Part shown: piece after piece, positions 9,428 to 19,351 of the stretch | Numbering within the stretch: position 1 is the first letter of the stretch | How the letters are laid out: each line of letters opens with the position of its first letter | Made by a program: the position numbers and the translations under genes | Notes under the pieces: generated by a model | What the model saw: the letters and a program-made list of their open reading frames with translations, nothing else | Told to the model about the DNA's origin: nothing | Database searches by the model: none | From: an uncultured delta proteobacterium | GTDB lineage: Bacteria; Myxococcota_A; Polyangia; Polyangiales; Polyangiaceae | Length of the DNA stretch: 64,000 nt | Direction of reading: 5' to 3' | NCBI GenBank assembly: GCA_963850305.1 | Contig: CAWKKR010000008.1 | Span: 640,001 to 704,000, forward strand

Positions 9428-10096
9428 CTACGTCGCGAATCCTCGTGAACCAGCGGTCGTGTGCGCTCCCAGTCCTTGCTCCTCGGGTACCGTCCGGAGT
9501 CCGGGCCTGCGTGATGTCTTGGCGCGGATTGTGCTCAAGCCGCTGCGGACGGCCATGTCCGAAGCGCGGACGCGTCCGTCCGCGCCGGGACCATGCACGT
9601 CCTCGGCGCGGATGCCTCCGTCCTCGCTCAGGACGCGTGCATCCTCGACGACATCACGCACGTCCTCGCTCAGGACGCGTGCATCCGCGGCGCGGACGCC
9701 TCCGTCCTCGCTCAGGACGCGTGCATCCTCGGCGCGGACGCCTCCGTCCTCGCTCAGGACGCGTGCATCCGCGGCACGGACGCCTCCGTCCTCGCCGGGA
9801 CCATGCACGTCCTCGGCGCGGATGCCTCCGTCCTCGCTCAGGACGCGTGCATCCGCGGCGCGGACGCCTCCGTCCTCGACGACATCATTCACGTCCTCGC
9901 TCAGGACGCGTGCATCCGCGCTGACATCACGTCCGTCCTCGACGACATCCTCGCCGATCACAGCGCGATCGTTCGTGATCTTGCTGCGATCGTTCACGAT
10001 CGCGGGGCGGGCGTGAGTGAATGACCGAAGTCGCGGGGCTTCCGCAAGGAGCTCCCCACGACGACCTTCGCAGTCGTGGCCGAACGAGGGCGGCAT
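9428..10096 (-). CDS. Possible heptad-repeat protein (EDARVLS/EDGGVRA) spanning the array
   Basis: ORF over the repeat. Several frames on both strands are open, so coding status is uncertain. Confidence 0.25.
   Translation of the reverse strand: MPPSFGHDCEGRRGELLAEAPRLRSFTHARPAIVNDRSKITNDRAVIGEDVVEDGRDVSADARVLSEDVNDVVEDGGVRAADARVLSEDGGIRAEDVHGPGEDGGVRAADARVLSEDGGVRAEDARVLSEDGGVRAADARVLSEDVRDVVEDARVLSEDGGIRAEDVHGPGADGRVRASDMAVRSGLSTIRAKTSRRPGLRTVPEEQGLGAHTTAGSRGFAT
9557..9955. repeat. Tandem array of about 19 related 21-nt units
   Basis: Units begin every 21 nt from 9557 to 9935. GTCCTCGCTCAGGACGCGTGC is exact at 9620, 9662, 9704, 9746, 9830 and 9893. A degenerate 21-nt tail runs to about 10000. 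Confidence 0.95.
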
Positions 10097-10374
10097 TCAC
10101 TCCGAGCGAGCACTCGCTCTTCGCTGGTGCCCTTCGTCAGTGCAGGACGACGACTCGTCGTTCGCCGAGCAATGCTCGGTGTCGAGTGTCCCGCGATCCG
10201 AAAGCAGGACCCGCCGATCCGGCGGTGCGGACAGGCTTGGAAATCCCCCTACTTCCGCGATGGCGCCTGCCGTCCTGACGGCGCGCCGTGCGCGCGCTGC
10301 CAAGTTGACACGATCCGACACCCGACGGGTCTGTCGGAAAGCGCGTTTTCCGCGATGACAAGCGATTTGCGGTG

Positions 10375-10390
10375 CGGCACGCTCTGTGCT
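10375..10390 (+). promoter_or_regulatory. Candidate sigma54 promoter CGGCAC-N5-GTGCT
   Basis: GG-N10-GC spacing is exact. Upstream inverted repeat TCCGACA...TGTCGGA (10314-10338). Confidence 0.45.
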
Positions 10391-10410
10391 CAATGTCCGG
10401 CGGAAACGTC

Positions 10411-11651
10411 ATGAGAAAGAACTTGCTTCGGGGCGTCGTCCTTGGCGGCGCGGTGATGGCGGGGCTCTCGGTTGCGGAGACGGCGGGGGCGCAGACCATC
10501 CAGCTGCCTTTGCAATTCGAGCGTTCAGACAACGATTTTCGATCCGCGAGCCAGTTGCCTCTCTGGGTGAATTACGCCGACTGCGAAAACGACGTGAAAC
10601 TGACGTTTCAGAGCGCTCATTCGCGAACTACGCGACAATCTCCGGGCTCATCCTTCAGGTATGGGCGGGTGGCACCGCCTGCTCCGACGTCGGATCCCGA
10701 ACGACCACGAGCACTGGATGCTGGCTCGTGTACTCCCAAACACCGACCAGTTCGTCACCGATGGACGTGACGATCGCAGCGCGAGATATCGTGGGACAGG
10801 ACAGCATTCTCACGTCGGCACCACTGACCGTCGTCCCGCACAAGCCCGGCGACAGTGCGTGCCAGGATCAAAACGGCGCTCACACGTCCCTCGTGCTCGA
10901 TTTCATGTTCGTGGACGCGTTCGGCAACTTGACGGGTACCGACTCGCAATGGACTCAGACGGGCTTCGACATCACTCCACCCGCACCCCCTGCCGACATC
11001 ACAGTGAGCCCAGGAGACACACGTCTCCACATGACCTGGGGCACCGTCACGGACCCCAACATCATTCAGTATCAGGTGTATTGCACGCCGCCGCCGGGCC
11101 CCGTGCTCTTGCCGGATGGCGGCTACAAGACGTCCTCGTTCCCGGCTGCGCCGTCACTCAAGCCCGAATCCCTCCTCGGCGATGCGGCGTCCATATTTCT
11201 CGGAGCCGGCGGGAGCAGCTCCATCACGACCACGACGCTGCTCGACGGTGGCGAGATCGTCAATCCGGCGGAGCTCGCCGCGGAGAGTTGCGATCCCACG
11301 TCGGTGCTCACGCCTGGCGGATTCCCGAACAGCAAGTATCTCTGCGGCACCGCCGGACAGACCGCGGTGAACGCGACGGCCTCGGGTCTCGTCGACGGGG
11401 TCGGATACGAGGCCGCCATCTCGGCGGTCGATCAGGTCGGCAACGTCGGCCGGCTCTCGGCGAACGTGTGTTCGTCGCCCGAGAAGCTGATCGACTTCTT
11501 CGAGCTCTATCGCGACGCGGGCGGCCAGGGCGGCGGTCTCTGCTCCATTTCGAGGCCGGGTGGGCGCTCCGCCCCGCCCTGGCTCCTGCCGCTCGCCGGT
11601 GCTTTCTTCGCGCTGGGTGCCGGGCGGCGCATTCTCCGGCGGCGTTCGTGA
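10411..11651 (+). CDS. Secreted FN3-like surface protein with MYXO-CTERM sorting signal; frameshift near 10605-10625
   Basis: Signal peptide MRKNLL...AGA is in ORF 10372..10770 and the body is in ORF 10386..11651. FN3-like PPAPPADITVSPGD...W...Y...AISAVD; tail GGGLCS...PWLLPLAGAFFALG-RRILRRR. Confidence 0.7.
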
Positions 11652-11690
11652 TAGAGGACGGCGGACTCGACCCGCAGAAGCGATGACGCC

Positions 11691-12491
11691 GTGAAGCCGA
11701 CTGCCTCTCTACGGATATCCATCGGTTGCCTGGCACTCGGCGCGTCCCTCGCCGTCGCGGAGACGGCCAGCGCCCAGCTGACAGGCGCCCCGACGGCGGG
11801 CATCGATGACCTCGGCGTCTACGGTAACACTCACAATCGTGGTGCGACGGAGTCCCCACAGCACGCGGCCCTCGAGCTGCGCATCGGCCGCTACACCCCC
11901 AAGATCGACAACGAGTTCGCGACGGCCACGCCGTACAAGTCGATGTTCGGCACGGACAGCCGGTACGCCGTCGGCGTGGAGATGGACCTACAGGTCCTGC
12001 GGATCCCGTATCTCGGCACGCTCGGCGTCGGCGGCGCGCTCCAGTACACGAAGATGTCGGCACCGGCGTTCGTCGCCAGCAACTACTCGCGCGGCGGCGA
12101 GGACACGACCCTCACGATCTTTCCGCTCTATGCGGTCGCGGTCCTCCGGGCGGACTACATCGCGCGCAGCACGCCGGTCCCGCTCGTGCCCTACGCAAAG
12201 CTCGGTATCGGCGCGGGCCTCTGGCGCGTGACGAACGGCGGCGGCACCTCGGACGTCGGCGGCGTGAAGGGCAACGGGCTCTCGATAGGCCCACAGTTCG
12301 CCCTCGGCGGCATGCTCCTTCTCGACGCGTTCGACCCCGACGCCGCGTCGTCGCTCGACGACCAGCTCGGCATCAACAACTCCTACGTGTTCGTGGAGTG
12401 GTACGATTCCTTCTTGAACGATTTCGGCACGGGCCGGCAGATGCAGGTCGGCACGAACTCCTGGGTGCTCGGGCTCGCGTTCGAAATGTGA
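11691..12491 (+). CDS. Outer-membrane beta-barrel protein (resembles the myxobacterial MXAN_2562-type family)
   Basis: Signal peptide ending ASA, alternating amphipathic strands, C-terminal beta-signal LGLAFEM. Confidence 0.7.
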   Translation: MKPTASLRISIGCLALGASLAVAETASAQLTGAPTAGIDDLGVYGNTHNRGATESPQHAALELRIGRYTPKIDNEFATATPYKSMFGTDSRYAVGVEMDLQVLRIPYLGTLGVGGALQYTKMSAPAFVASNYSRGGEDTTLTIFPLYAVAVLRADYIARSTPVPLVPYAKLGIGAGLWRVTNGGGTSDVGGVKGNGLSIGPQFALGGMLLLDAFDPDAASSLDDQLGINNSYVFVEWYDSFLNDFGTGRQMQVGTNSWVLGLAFEM

Positions 12492-12551
12492 TCCGCTCTA
12501 GGAAAGGGGGTCTTGACCCCCGCGGCTGCGCTGCTCGTCGATGCGGAACTA

Positions 12552-13442
12552 CTAGCCTCGCAAGAGCCGGGCGATGTGCGCCTCTTCCCAGGCAATCGCG
12601 CGCTCGTAGTGACGGAACTGTCGCTCGCGTCGCATGAACTCGGGAGGGTGCAGGATGACCTGCCCCCCGATGCGCACCGGCGGCACCAGATGATGCACCA
12701 GCTCGTGATAGACGATGTACGACACGAAATACCGCGGCACCCAGGGCTTATCGAGCACGGGGTGAACACGCACCAACCGCTCTTCGGCGCTGTAAGAGCC
12801 AAGCTTGATCGTGTGGCGCGGCGCTTCGCCAGGTCTCGTCCGGCGACCCCACGTGATGAGGACGTCCCCGAGACGTGCCCCAAAATACGTTTCGTTCACG
12901 CGGTCGAAAATTTCGCGAAGATCATGCGTCTTGCCGCGCGTCCGCAGGGGTCCACGAACGCGACGCGACGCCCGGATGCGGTGGGTGTTCGCGTCGATAT
13001 ACGTCCCGACCGCCTGTGACGCTTCCCGATCCGCGCCGAGCACGTAGTGAATCAGCGCGTCTTGAACGCGCTCGGGCGCGTCGAGAAACATCATGTGGAT
13101 CCGCACGCGTAGCGTTCCCCGCTCACGCGTGTGCGTGATCATCCGCTGCCGGTTATCGGTGACGGCGAGCTGAACCGGGCCCCCGATCGCCAGTTCGAGC
13201 TTGCGTTCTAGCGCCTGTCGCGCTCCTTCATGGACGAAGATCTGCGGGCCACCCGATGTGAACTGGAGCGGCAAGGACACCGTGCCCGGATCGGGAATGC
13301 GAACGGCGGCGGTCGCCATGCGCGGAATCACGGCCGTTCGCCCGCGTGCCTGCTTCACGCCAGCAAGCACCGAAGGCCACGAAAATACCGCCGGGAGAGA
13401 CATGCTCCCCTGGGGGGTATGGGACGGGGTCCATGGCGTCAA
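12552..13442 (-). CDS. SprT/YgjP-like zinc metalloprotease
   Basis: IKLGSY; HPVLD...VPRYFVSYIVYHELVHH (HExxH); downstream H-P-P-E-F. Start uncertain, probably later than 13442. Confidence 0.75.
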   Translation of the reverse strand: MTPWTPSHTPQGSMSLPAVFSWPSVLAGVKQARGRTAVIPRMATAAVRIPDPGTVSLPLQFTSGGPQIFVHEGARQALERKLELAIGGPVQLAVTDNRQRMITHTRERGTLRVRIHMMFLDAPERVQDALIHYVLGADREASQAVGTYIDANTHRIRASRRVRGPLRTRGKTHDLREIFDRVNETYFGARLGDVLITWGRRTRPGEAPRHTIKLGSYSAEERLVRVHPVLDKPWVPRYFVSYIVYHELVHHLVPPVRIGGQVILHPPEFMRRERQFRHYERAIAWEEAHIARLLRG

Positions 13443-13628
13443 GGAATGCGCCTTTCTTTTTTGGTTTCAGCGACTTAGAGGACGTCCGGCGGACCCACGA
13501 ACGGCGAAGCCTAAACCCGCGAACCGGCGTAGGTTCCAGGCACCGCCCCCCGTTTTGCGCCGCGAACGCGACCTTTCACTCCCCGGGTCGGCCCACAGGC
13601 ATTTCCCAGGTTTTCCACAGGGCTCCGC

Positions 13629-14783
13629 TCAGTTTGCGCGAGCTGGGGTGGCGCGCTTGGTGCCCTTGTCGTCTGCGTCGCCGGGCTTGCTGCTCGCCGT
13701 TTGCGGAGATGACTTCGCGGTACCGCCACCCGTGCCCGATGCATCCCCGTCCACGCCGTTGCGGCGCACTTTGAAGTGCGCCAGCAGCTTCGTTTCGAGC
13801 TTGTTCATCAGGGCCGGGTGTTCTTCCAGATACTGGCGCGCCACGTCCCTGCCCTGTCCGATGCGCTCGCCGTCGACGGAATACCAGGCGCCGCTCTTCT
13901 GTACGATGCCGACATCCGCCCCCATATCGAGCACTTCCGCCGATTTGCAGATGCCCTGACCGTAGAGAATGTCGAACTCCACCTCGCGGAACGGCGGGGC
14001 CATCTTGTTCTTCACTACCTTCACGCGCGTCCGGTTACCGACGACCGCGAGCTCTCCCTTCTTGTCGGGGATCGACTCCTTGATCGCCCCGATACGGCGG
14101 ACATCCAGCCGAATCGAAGCGTAAAACTTGAGCGCCTGCCCGCCGGTCGTGGTCTCCGGACTGCCGAACATCACGCCAATCTTCATTCGAATCTGGTTCG
14201 TGAAGACGAGCAGTGTCTTCGAACGGGAAACCGTGCCGGTCAGCTTGCGGAGCGCCTGGCTCATCAGGCGCGCCTGAAGCCCGACGTGCGAGTCACCCAT
14301 GTCCCCCTCGATTTCCGCCTTGGGCACGAGCGCCGCGACCGAGTCCACCACGACGATGTCCACGGCGTTCGAACGGACGAGCATGTCGGCAATCTCGAGC
14401 GCCTGTTCTCCGAAGTCCGGCTGGCTGATGAGGAGCTCGTCGGTCTTGACGCCGAGCCGCTTGGCGTACGTCACATCCAGTGCGTGCTCCGCGTCGATGA
14501 ACGCCGCGACTCCGCCCATGCGCTGAACTTGTGCGATCGCGTGAAGGGTGAGCGTCGTCTTTCCGCTCGACTCGGGGCCGTAGATTTCGGCGATGCGGCC
14601 ACGCGGATAACCACCGATGCCGAGCCCGATATCGAGCCCGAGCGAGCCTGACGGAACGACCTGGACATCTCCGCCGATCGACTCACCGTCCCCGAGGCGC
14701 ATGAGCGCGCCTTTGCCGAACTCCTTTTCCACGCTTGCGATCGCGATCTCGAGGGCTTTGCTGCGCTGCTGCTTGTCGTCCAT
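13629..14783 (-). CDS. recA: Recombinase A
   Basis: [40 protein letters not shown]. Confidence 0.99.
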   Translation of the reverse strand: MDDKQQRSKALEIAIASVEKEFGKGALMRLGDGESIGGDVQVVPSGSLGLDIGLGIGGYPRGRIAEIYGPESSGKTTLTLHAIAQVQRMGGVAAFIDAEHALDVTYAKRLGVKTDELLISQPDFGEQALEIADMLVRSNAVDIVVVDSVAALVPKAEIEGDMGDSHVGLQARLMSQALRKLTGTVSRSKTLLVFTNQIRMKIGVMFGSPETTTGGQALKFYASIRLDVRRIGAIKESIPDKKGELAVVGNRTRVKVVKNKMAPPFREVEFDILYGQGICKSAEVLDMGADVGIVQKSGAWYSVDGERIGQGRDVARQYLEEHPALMNKLETKLLAHFKVRRNGVDGDASGTGGGTAKSSPQTASSKPGDADDKGTKRATPARAN

Positions 14784-14870
14784 CGTTCTTCTCCGTCCCT
14801 GAATGCGACCGCTCTTTATCTGCGGTCCGTCCTGAGAATGCGCTTCGGGTCATCCCCGGCGCGTGACCAG

Positions 14871-14899
14871 TGGATACTGTGCGGCTGTTCAGATGTCAA
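14871..14899 (-). promoter_or_regulatory. recA promoter with myxobacterial-type LexA box
   Basis: Minus-strand TTGACA at 14899-14894. CTGTGCGGCTGTTCAG (14877-14892) lies in the spacer. The -10 is weak (TATCCA). Confidence 0.6.
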
Positions 14900-14957
14900 C
14901 TTTGCAAGGGATGGCGAGCGGACATTGATTGGCGTCCCGGCCCGGTTTCCTCGGAGC

Positions 14958-15482
14958 TCAACGCCGAGCCGACCCATCCGAGCCAGAGTCGCGTCCTGAC
15001 GCTGCGCCTGAATCGGCGCAAGACGTCGCGGCTCCGGGCGCGCAAGCCCTCGCCCACGAGAGCATGACGTCCTTTTCCACAGCGGTCAGCCTCTGGACGG
15101 GAGGTTCTATGGCCGTCGTCTGATACGGCATGAAGCCGCTCGAGATCACGTCTTCGAGGCGATCGACCGGGCGTTCTCCGTCCGCAAAATTACGCCGCGT
15201 GTCTGACCAGACCAGCAGCGGAAACGGCGCGCGAACGCACGTGTCGTTCGCAACGCAGACGTCGAGGACCGCGTCCGAATCGTGACAGCGCCGGCACTTC
15301 GCCGAGAGGACGGCCTCGACGTCGCAGGGGAAGAACTCACCAGCCACCGCACCCGAGTCGGCGCAAGGCGCCGGCCCTGGGTCCGTGGTGGCGTCCCCTT
15401 CATCGGGAAGACCGCCTCGTCCCGTCGTGCATCCGATTGCACCGCACACCAACGCCACGCCACCGAGGCGGCTCCAGCCCAT
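14958..15482 (-). CDS. Small lipoprotein with one CxxCH (putative c-type cytochrome)
   Basis: Lipobox AIGC; CRRCH; distal GFMP; LTAVEKDVMLSW helix. Confidence 0.6.
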   Translation of the reverse strand: MGWSRLGGVALVCGAIGCTTGRGGLPDEGDATTDPGPAPCADSGAVAGEFFPCDVEAVLSAKCRRCHDSDAVLDVCVANDTCVRAPFPLLVWSDTRRNFADGERPVDRLEDVISSGFMPYQTTAIEPPVQRLTAVEKDVMLSWARACAPGAATSCADSGAASGRDSGSDGSARR

Positions 15483-15564
15483 GAAGCCATGATACGCAGG
15501 GAGGGCGCCGATTGGTTGCTTCAAAAATGACGAGGACGCTTCGCGGCACGACCCGGGGACGACC

Positions 15565-16810
15565 CTAGGGTCCCGGGCGCGCCGGAGCTGGCGGCAAGCG
15601 GCGGATCTCGACGCGCTCGGCGCGCCGCGGCGAGGCTTGCGTGACCACGAACTCGAGCCCCTTCCACTCCGCTCGATCTCCGACGCGCGGGACGCGCCCG
15701 ACGATCTCGGCGACGAGGCCGCCGACCGTCACGGCCTGGAGCTCTTCATCGTCGACGCCGAAGCCGCCGAGGACCGCGCGCGCCTCGGCCCAGCCGCGAC
15801 AGACGAGGGAGCCGTCGCTCCGCTTGGTGATGAACGGGTCGACGCGGTCGCTCTCGTCTTCGATGTCGCCGACGATCTCCTCGAGCACGTCCTCGAGCGT
15901 GACGATGCCCTGAGCCCCGCCGTACTCGTCCACGACGAGCGCGAGGTGCCGGCGCTCCTGCTGAAACATGCGGAGGAGCCGTTCGAGCGTCGTGGCGGAA
16001 GGGACGACGAGCGGTTTCGTCGCCAGCCCCTCGAGGTCGATCGTCTCGGGAGCCTCGTGGAGCGTGAACATCAGGTCCTTCACCAGGATGACGCCGTCGA
16101 TGCCATCGAGGTCGCCGCTCGGCGTGTAGGGAAAGCGGCTGTGTCCCGTCCGCTTGACGACGTCCAGGTTCTCGGCAAGCGAGCGCTGCCCCGAGAGATA
16201 GACGACGCGAGCGCGCGGCACCATGACGTCGCGGGCACGAAGTTCCTTCAACGTCGCGACGCCTTCGATCATGTCCGCGGCGAGCGTACCCAGGACGCCC
16301 TCGGTGCGACCGAGCGACGCGAGCAACCGAATTTCGTCCATCGAGGTAACCGGACGCGCCGAGGGCGAGCTCAGTCGTCGCGCGATGGATCGCATCACGC
16401 GAAGCAGCGGCCCGAGCACGACGACGAGTGTCGCGACGCCGTACGCGACTGGCGTCGCGAGGGTGCCGGCGGACGCGACGCCGATGGTCTTCGGGATGAT
16501 CTCCGAGAACAGCAGCACGGCAAGGGTGAACAGGATCGAGAAGACCCAGAGTGTCTTCGGGTCGAACACGTCCGCGTAGAATGCGCCCGCGACCGACGCC
16601 CCGACGGTGTTCGCCGTCGTGCTCAAGGTGAGGATGGCGGCGAGCGGCAGATCGATCTCCCGCTTGTAGCGCCTGAGAAGATCGGCGGCGCGGCGACTTT
16701 CCGAGCGCCTCGATCTGGGCGTGACTCACGCTGAGCAGCACCGCCTCGGAGAGCGAACACACGAAGGACGACACCAGCGCCAGGGCGATGGCAAGGCCGA
16801 AGGCGAGCAT
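15565..16810 (-). CDS. CNNM/DUF21-CBS-CorC (hemolysin-family) membrane protein; frameshift near 16693
   Basis: N-terminus SSFVCSLSEAVLLS in one frame; FSEIIPK, VMVPR, HSRFP, VVDEYGG, TLEDVLEEIVG in the other. Removing one base gives LGKS-RAADLL. Confidence 0.85.
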
Positions 16811-16814
16811 CCGC

Positions 16815-18125
16815 TCAGCGCTGTCCCGCGGCTCTCGACGCCGCGCCAAACCCTCGCGCCGCGGCGACGGCGAGATCCCGCGGAGCGTCGGGTCGCGGTA
16901 CGCCGGGCGGCGTCTGAACTGCCACCGACGCACCGGGCGACGACGTCGCAGCGTGAAGGGTCGAGAGCTCGGCACGGTCCGTCACGGCTGACGGGCCACC
17001 GAACGCCCACGCTGCCGTCGCTCCGATGATCACGCCGCCGAGGGCACTCGCCACGCCCACGATCGCGGGCCGTGCCCGGAGCTTCGAGAGCGAGGCGAGC
17101 TCATCCGGAGCGAAAACGCCAGGCCGAACTCGTCCATTGGCGACGCGCGGGAGTCGGTCGGTCGCGCGACGCCGCGGGGAGGTGTCGAGACTCGCCGGCC
17201 CCGCGAGGCGCCGTGCAATCCCTCCGAGTCGATCCGAGACCTCGCGCGCCGTCTGGACGCGCAGCTTTCGATCCTTTGCGAGACACGCTTCGACGAGTCG
17301 CGCGAGCTCCGGGTCCGTGGCGGGCGCGACCTCGAGGAGAGGGCGATGCGCCTTCGTGATGATCGAAACCATGAGCGCGTTGTAGTTCTTGCCGCGAAAC
17401 GGCGCGGCGCCCGTGAGGCACTGATAGAGCACCACGCCGAGCGACCAGACATCGGTACGGCCATCGACCTGCTCCGCACCGCGAGCCTGCTCGGGGCTCA
17501 TGAACTCGGGACACCCGAGCACCGCGCCGTGCCCCGTCTCGGTGCGGTCGCGTGCCGCGGGGCCAAGCGTCTTGCTCACGCCGAAGTCGAGGATCTTGGC
17601 GATCGGACGCCCGCCCTCCGGGTTTCGCGCGAGGAACACGTTCGCGAGCGACAGATCGCGGTGCACGATGCCAGCGCGGTGAGCGAGGTCGAGCCCGTCG
17701 GCAATCTGCGCCAAGAATGCCGCTACTTCGAGCGCGGAGAGCGGGCCGGTGCGCTCGAGCCGAGCCTCCAGGCTCTCTCCCGCGAGCAATTCCATGACGA
17801 TGAAAGGTCGTCCGTCCTCGGCCTGCGCGACGTCGAACACGTCGACGATGGCGGGATGGTCCAGGCTACCGGCCGTCTCCGCCTCGCGGATGAAGCGCTC
17901 GAGCGCGTCGGGCCGCTCGGCCAGCGCAGGCAACAAGAACTTGATGGCAAAGTTCTTCTGCGTGAGCTCGTTCTTGGCAGCCCAGACTTCGCCCATCCCG
18001 CCCACGTCCAGGAGACGAAGCAGTCGGTAGCGCTCGGATATGACGTCGCCTGGCTGCACCACCCGCGATTTGACCGGCCTAGACGAGAACGGCCAACAAT
18101 CCGTGCGACGCCCCGCCGGCGGCAC
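16815..18125 (-). CDS. Ser/Thr protein kinase with C-terminal TM
   Basis: GGMGEVW, AIK, HRDLSLAN, DFG, GCPEFMSPE, DVWSLG. Start approximate. Confidence 0.9.
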   Translation of the reverse strand: MPPAGRRTDCWPFSSRPVKSRVVQPGDVISERYRLLRLLDVGGMGEVWAAKNELTQKNFAIKFLLPALAERPDALERFIREAETAGSLDHPAIVDVFDVAQAEDGRPFIVMELLAGESLEARLERTGPLSALEVAAFLAQIADGLDLAHRAGIVHRDLSLANVFLARNPEGGRPIAKILDFGVSKTLGPAARDRTETGHGAVLGCPEFMSPEQARGAEQVDGRTDVWSLGVVLYQCLTGAAPFRGKNYNALMVSIITKAHRPLLEVAPATDPELARLVEACLAKDRKLRVQTAREVSDRLGGIARRLAGPASLDTSPRRRATDRLPRVANGRVRPGVFAPDELASLSKLRARPAIVGVASALGGVIIGATAAWAFGGPSAVTDRAELSTLHAATSSPGASVAVQTPPGVPRPDAPRDLAVAAARGFGAASRAAGQR

Positions 18126-18202
18126 GAGTCTTTCGTTAGAAGTTACCGACGCTTACCGAGGAAACAGGTCAACGACCTGAATCCTGGCGCCGGGCGTCGA
18201 AA

Positions 18203-19351
18203 TCAGGCGGGGCGCGCGCCCCCCGAGCCCGGCGTCGAAAGCCGCTGCTGCTGCTGCTGGAGATACTGGGCGACGAAGCGGGAGCGCTCGATCGCAAACT
18301 GTTTGACCTCACGATTCGGCGAACCCGCCAGCGCGTTCAGGAGGCGCGTGACCTTGTCCAGATCACGCGCCTGGAACAACGCCTCGAAGTAGTTGTTCGC
18401 GAGCCGAACGTCGCGGGCCATCTTGCCCTCGTGCGGCTGAAGAAGCTCGATGACCGATTTGAGGTCGCCTTTTTGCCCGTAGAGCGCGGAGAGCGAAATG
18501 AGCGCGAGCGCGTCGTCGGAGTTCCGTTCGACGCCCTTCTTCGCCCATTCGACGGCCTTCTCGCGCGTCTCCTCGTTCGCGGAATAGATCCCCTGGATCG
18601 CGACGAACGGGGCGGCGCTTTTCTTGTTCGGAGCGGCCTCCGCCAGCGTCGACACGGTGCGGATCGCTTCTTCCTCGTTCGACGTTTCGCGTACGTGGGA
18701 AAATAAGAGGGCCCAGGCGTCCACGCAGCTCGGGTCGATGGTGATCGCGCGTTCGATCGCCGCGCGCTCCTGGGTGCGCTCCTCCCGAGCTCGATGCACG
18801 CGCGCGAGGTGCAACGACGGATAGGGGCTTGCCGGCAGCAGATTCTGAGCTCCCTTCAGGGTGCTCTCCGCCTTCTCCCACCGCTCGAGCTGCATCTGGG
18901 CGACGCCGAGCCCGAGCCAATCGTCACCGCCCCCGCCGGCGGCGACGACCTTTGCGAGCACCTTCTCGGCCTTCTCGGCGCGGCCGTACTTCATGAGCTC
19001 CTGGGCGAACAGGCGACCGCGATTCAGGTCGTCCTTGCTCTCGTTCCAGTGCTTCTCGAGACCATCGAGGAGATCCTCGAGTCCGATGGTGATGGGGCGT
19101 CCCTCGGCATCCTGTACCTGAACTGCGGGCCCGTTGAACCCGAGGAGCTTCCACATGTCCTCGGGAGCCACCACGACGGGTCCGGACTTCAGCTTCGTCG
19201 TGAGCTCGTCCCCGAGTTTGTTGATCGGCAGGACGACGAGGGCGTTCTGCGGAATGCCTCCCTGGAAGGCGCCCACCGGGGCGATGATCGCCGCGGCGCC
19301 TCCAACTTGAAGGTTCGCGGCAGCGCCCTCGGGAACGTTCGGCTGGCTCAT
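18203..19351 (-). CDS. TPR-repeat protein
   Basis: Repeated TPR-like helices (WLGLGVAQ, YPSLHLARV, ALISLSALY). ATG 19351 has a GAAAGG SD. Confidence 0.75.
   Translation of the reverse strand: MSQPNVPEGAAANLQVGGAAAIIAPVGAFQGGIPQNALVVLPINKLGDELTTKLKSGPVVVAPEDMWKLLGFNGPAVQVQDAEGRPITIGLEDLLDGLEKHWNESKDDLNRGRLFAQELMKYGRAEKAEKVLAKVVAAGGGGDDWLGLGVAQMQLERWEKAESTLKGAQNLLPASPYPSLHLARVHRAREERTQERAAIERAITIDPSCVDAWALLFSHVRETSNEEEAIRTVSTLAEAAPNKKSAAPFVAIQGIYSANEETREKAVEWAKKGVERNSDDALALISLSALYGQKGDLKSVIELLQPHEGKMARDVRLANNYFEALFQARDLDKVTRLLNALAGSPNREVKQFAIERSRFVAQYLQQQQQRLSTPGSGGARPA

Noticed and set aside
9557..9955. CRISPR array
   Set aside because: The would-be spacers are about 17-21 nt, related to each other and reused. 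The period is a strict 21 nt, and there are no cas genes.
10305..10310. TTGACA as a sigma70 promoter
   Set aside because: There is no plausible -10 at 16-18 nt spacing.
13611..13619. DnaA box TTTTCCACA / replication origin
   Set aside because: It is a single box, with no cluster, no AT-rich unwinding element and no dnaA context.
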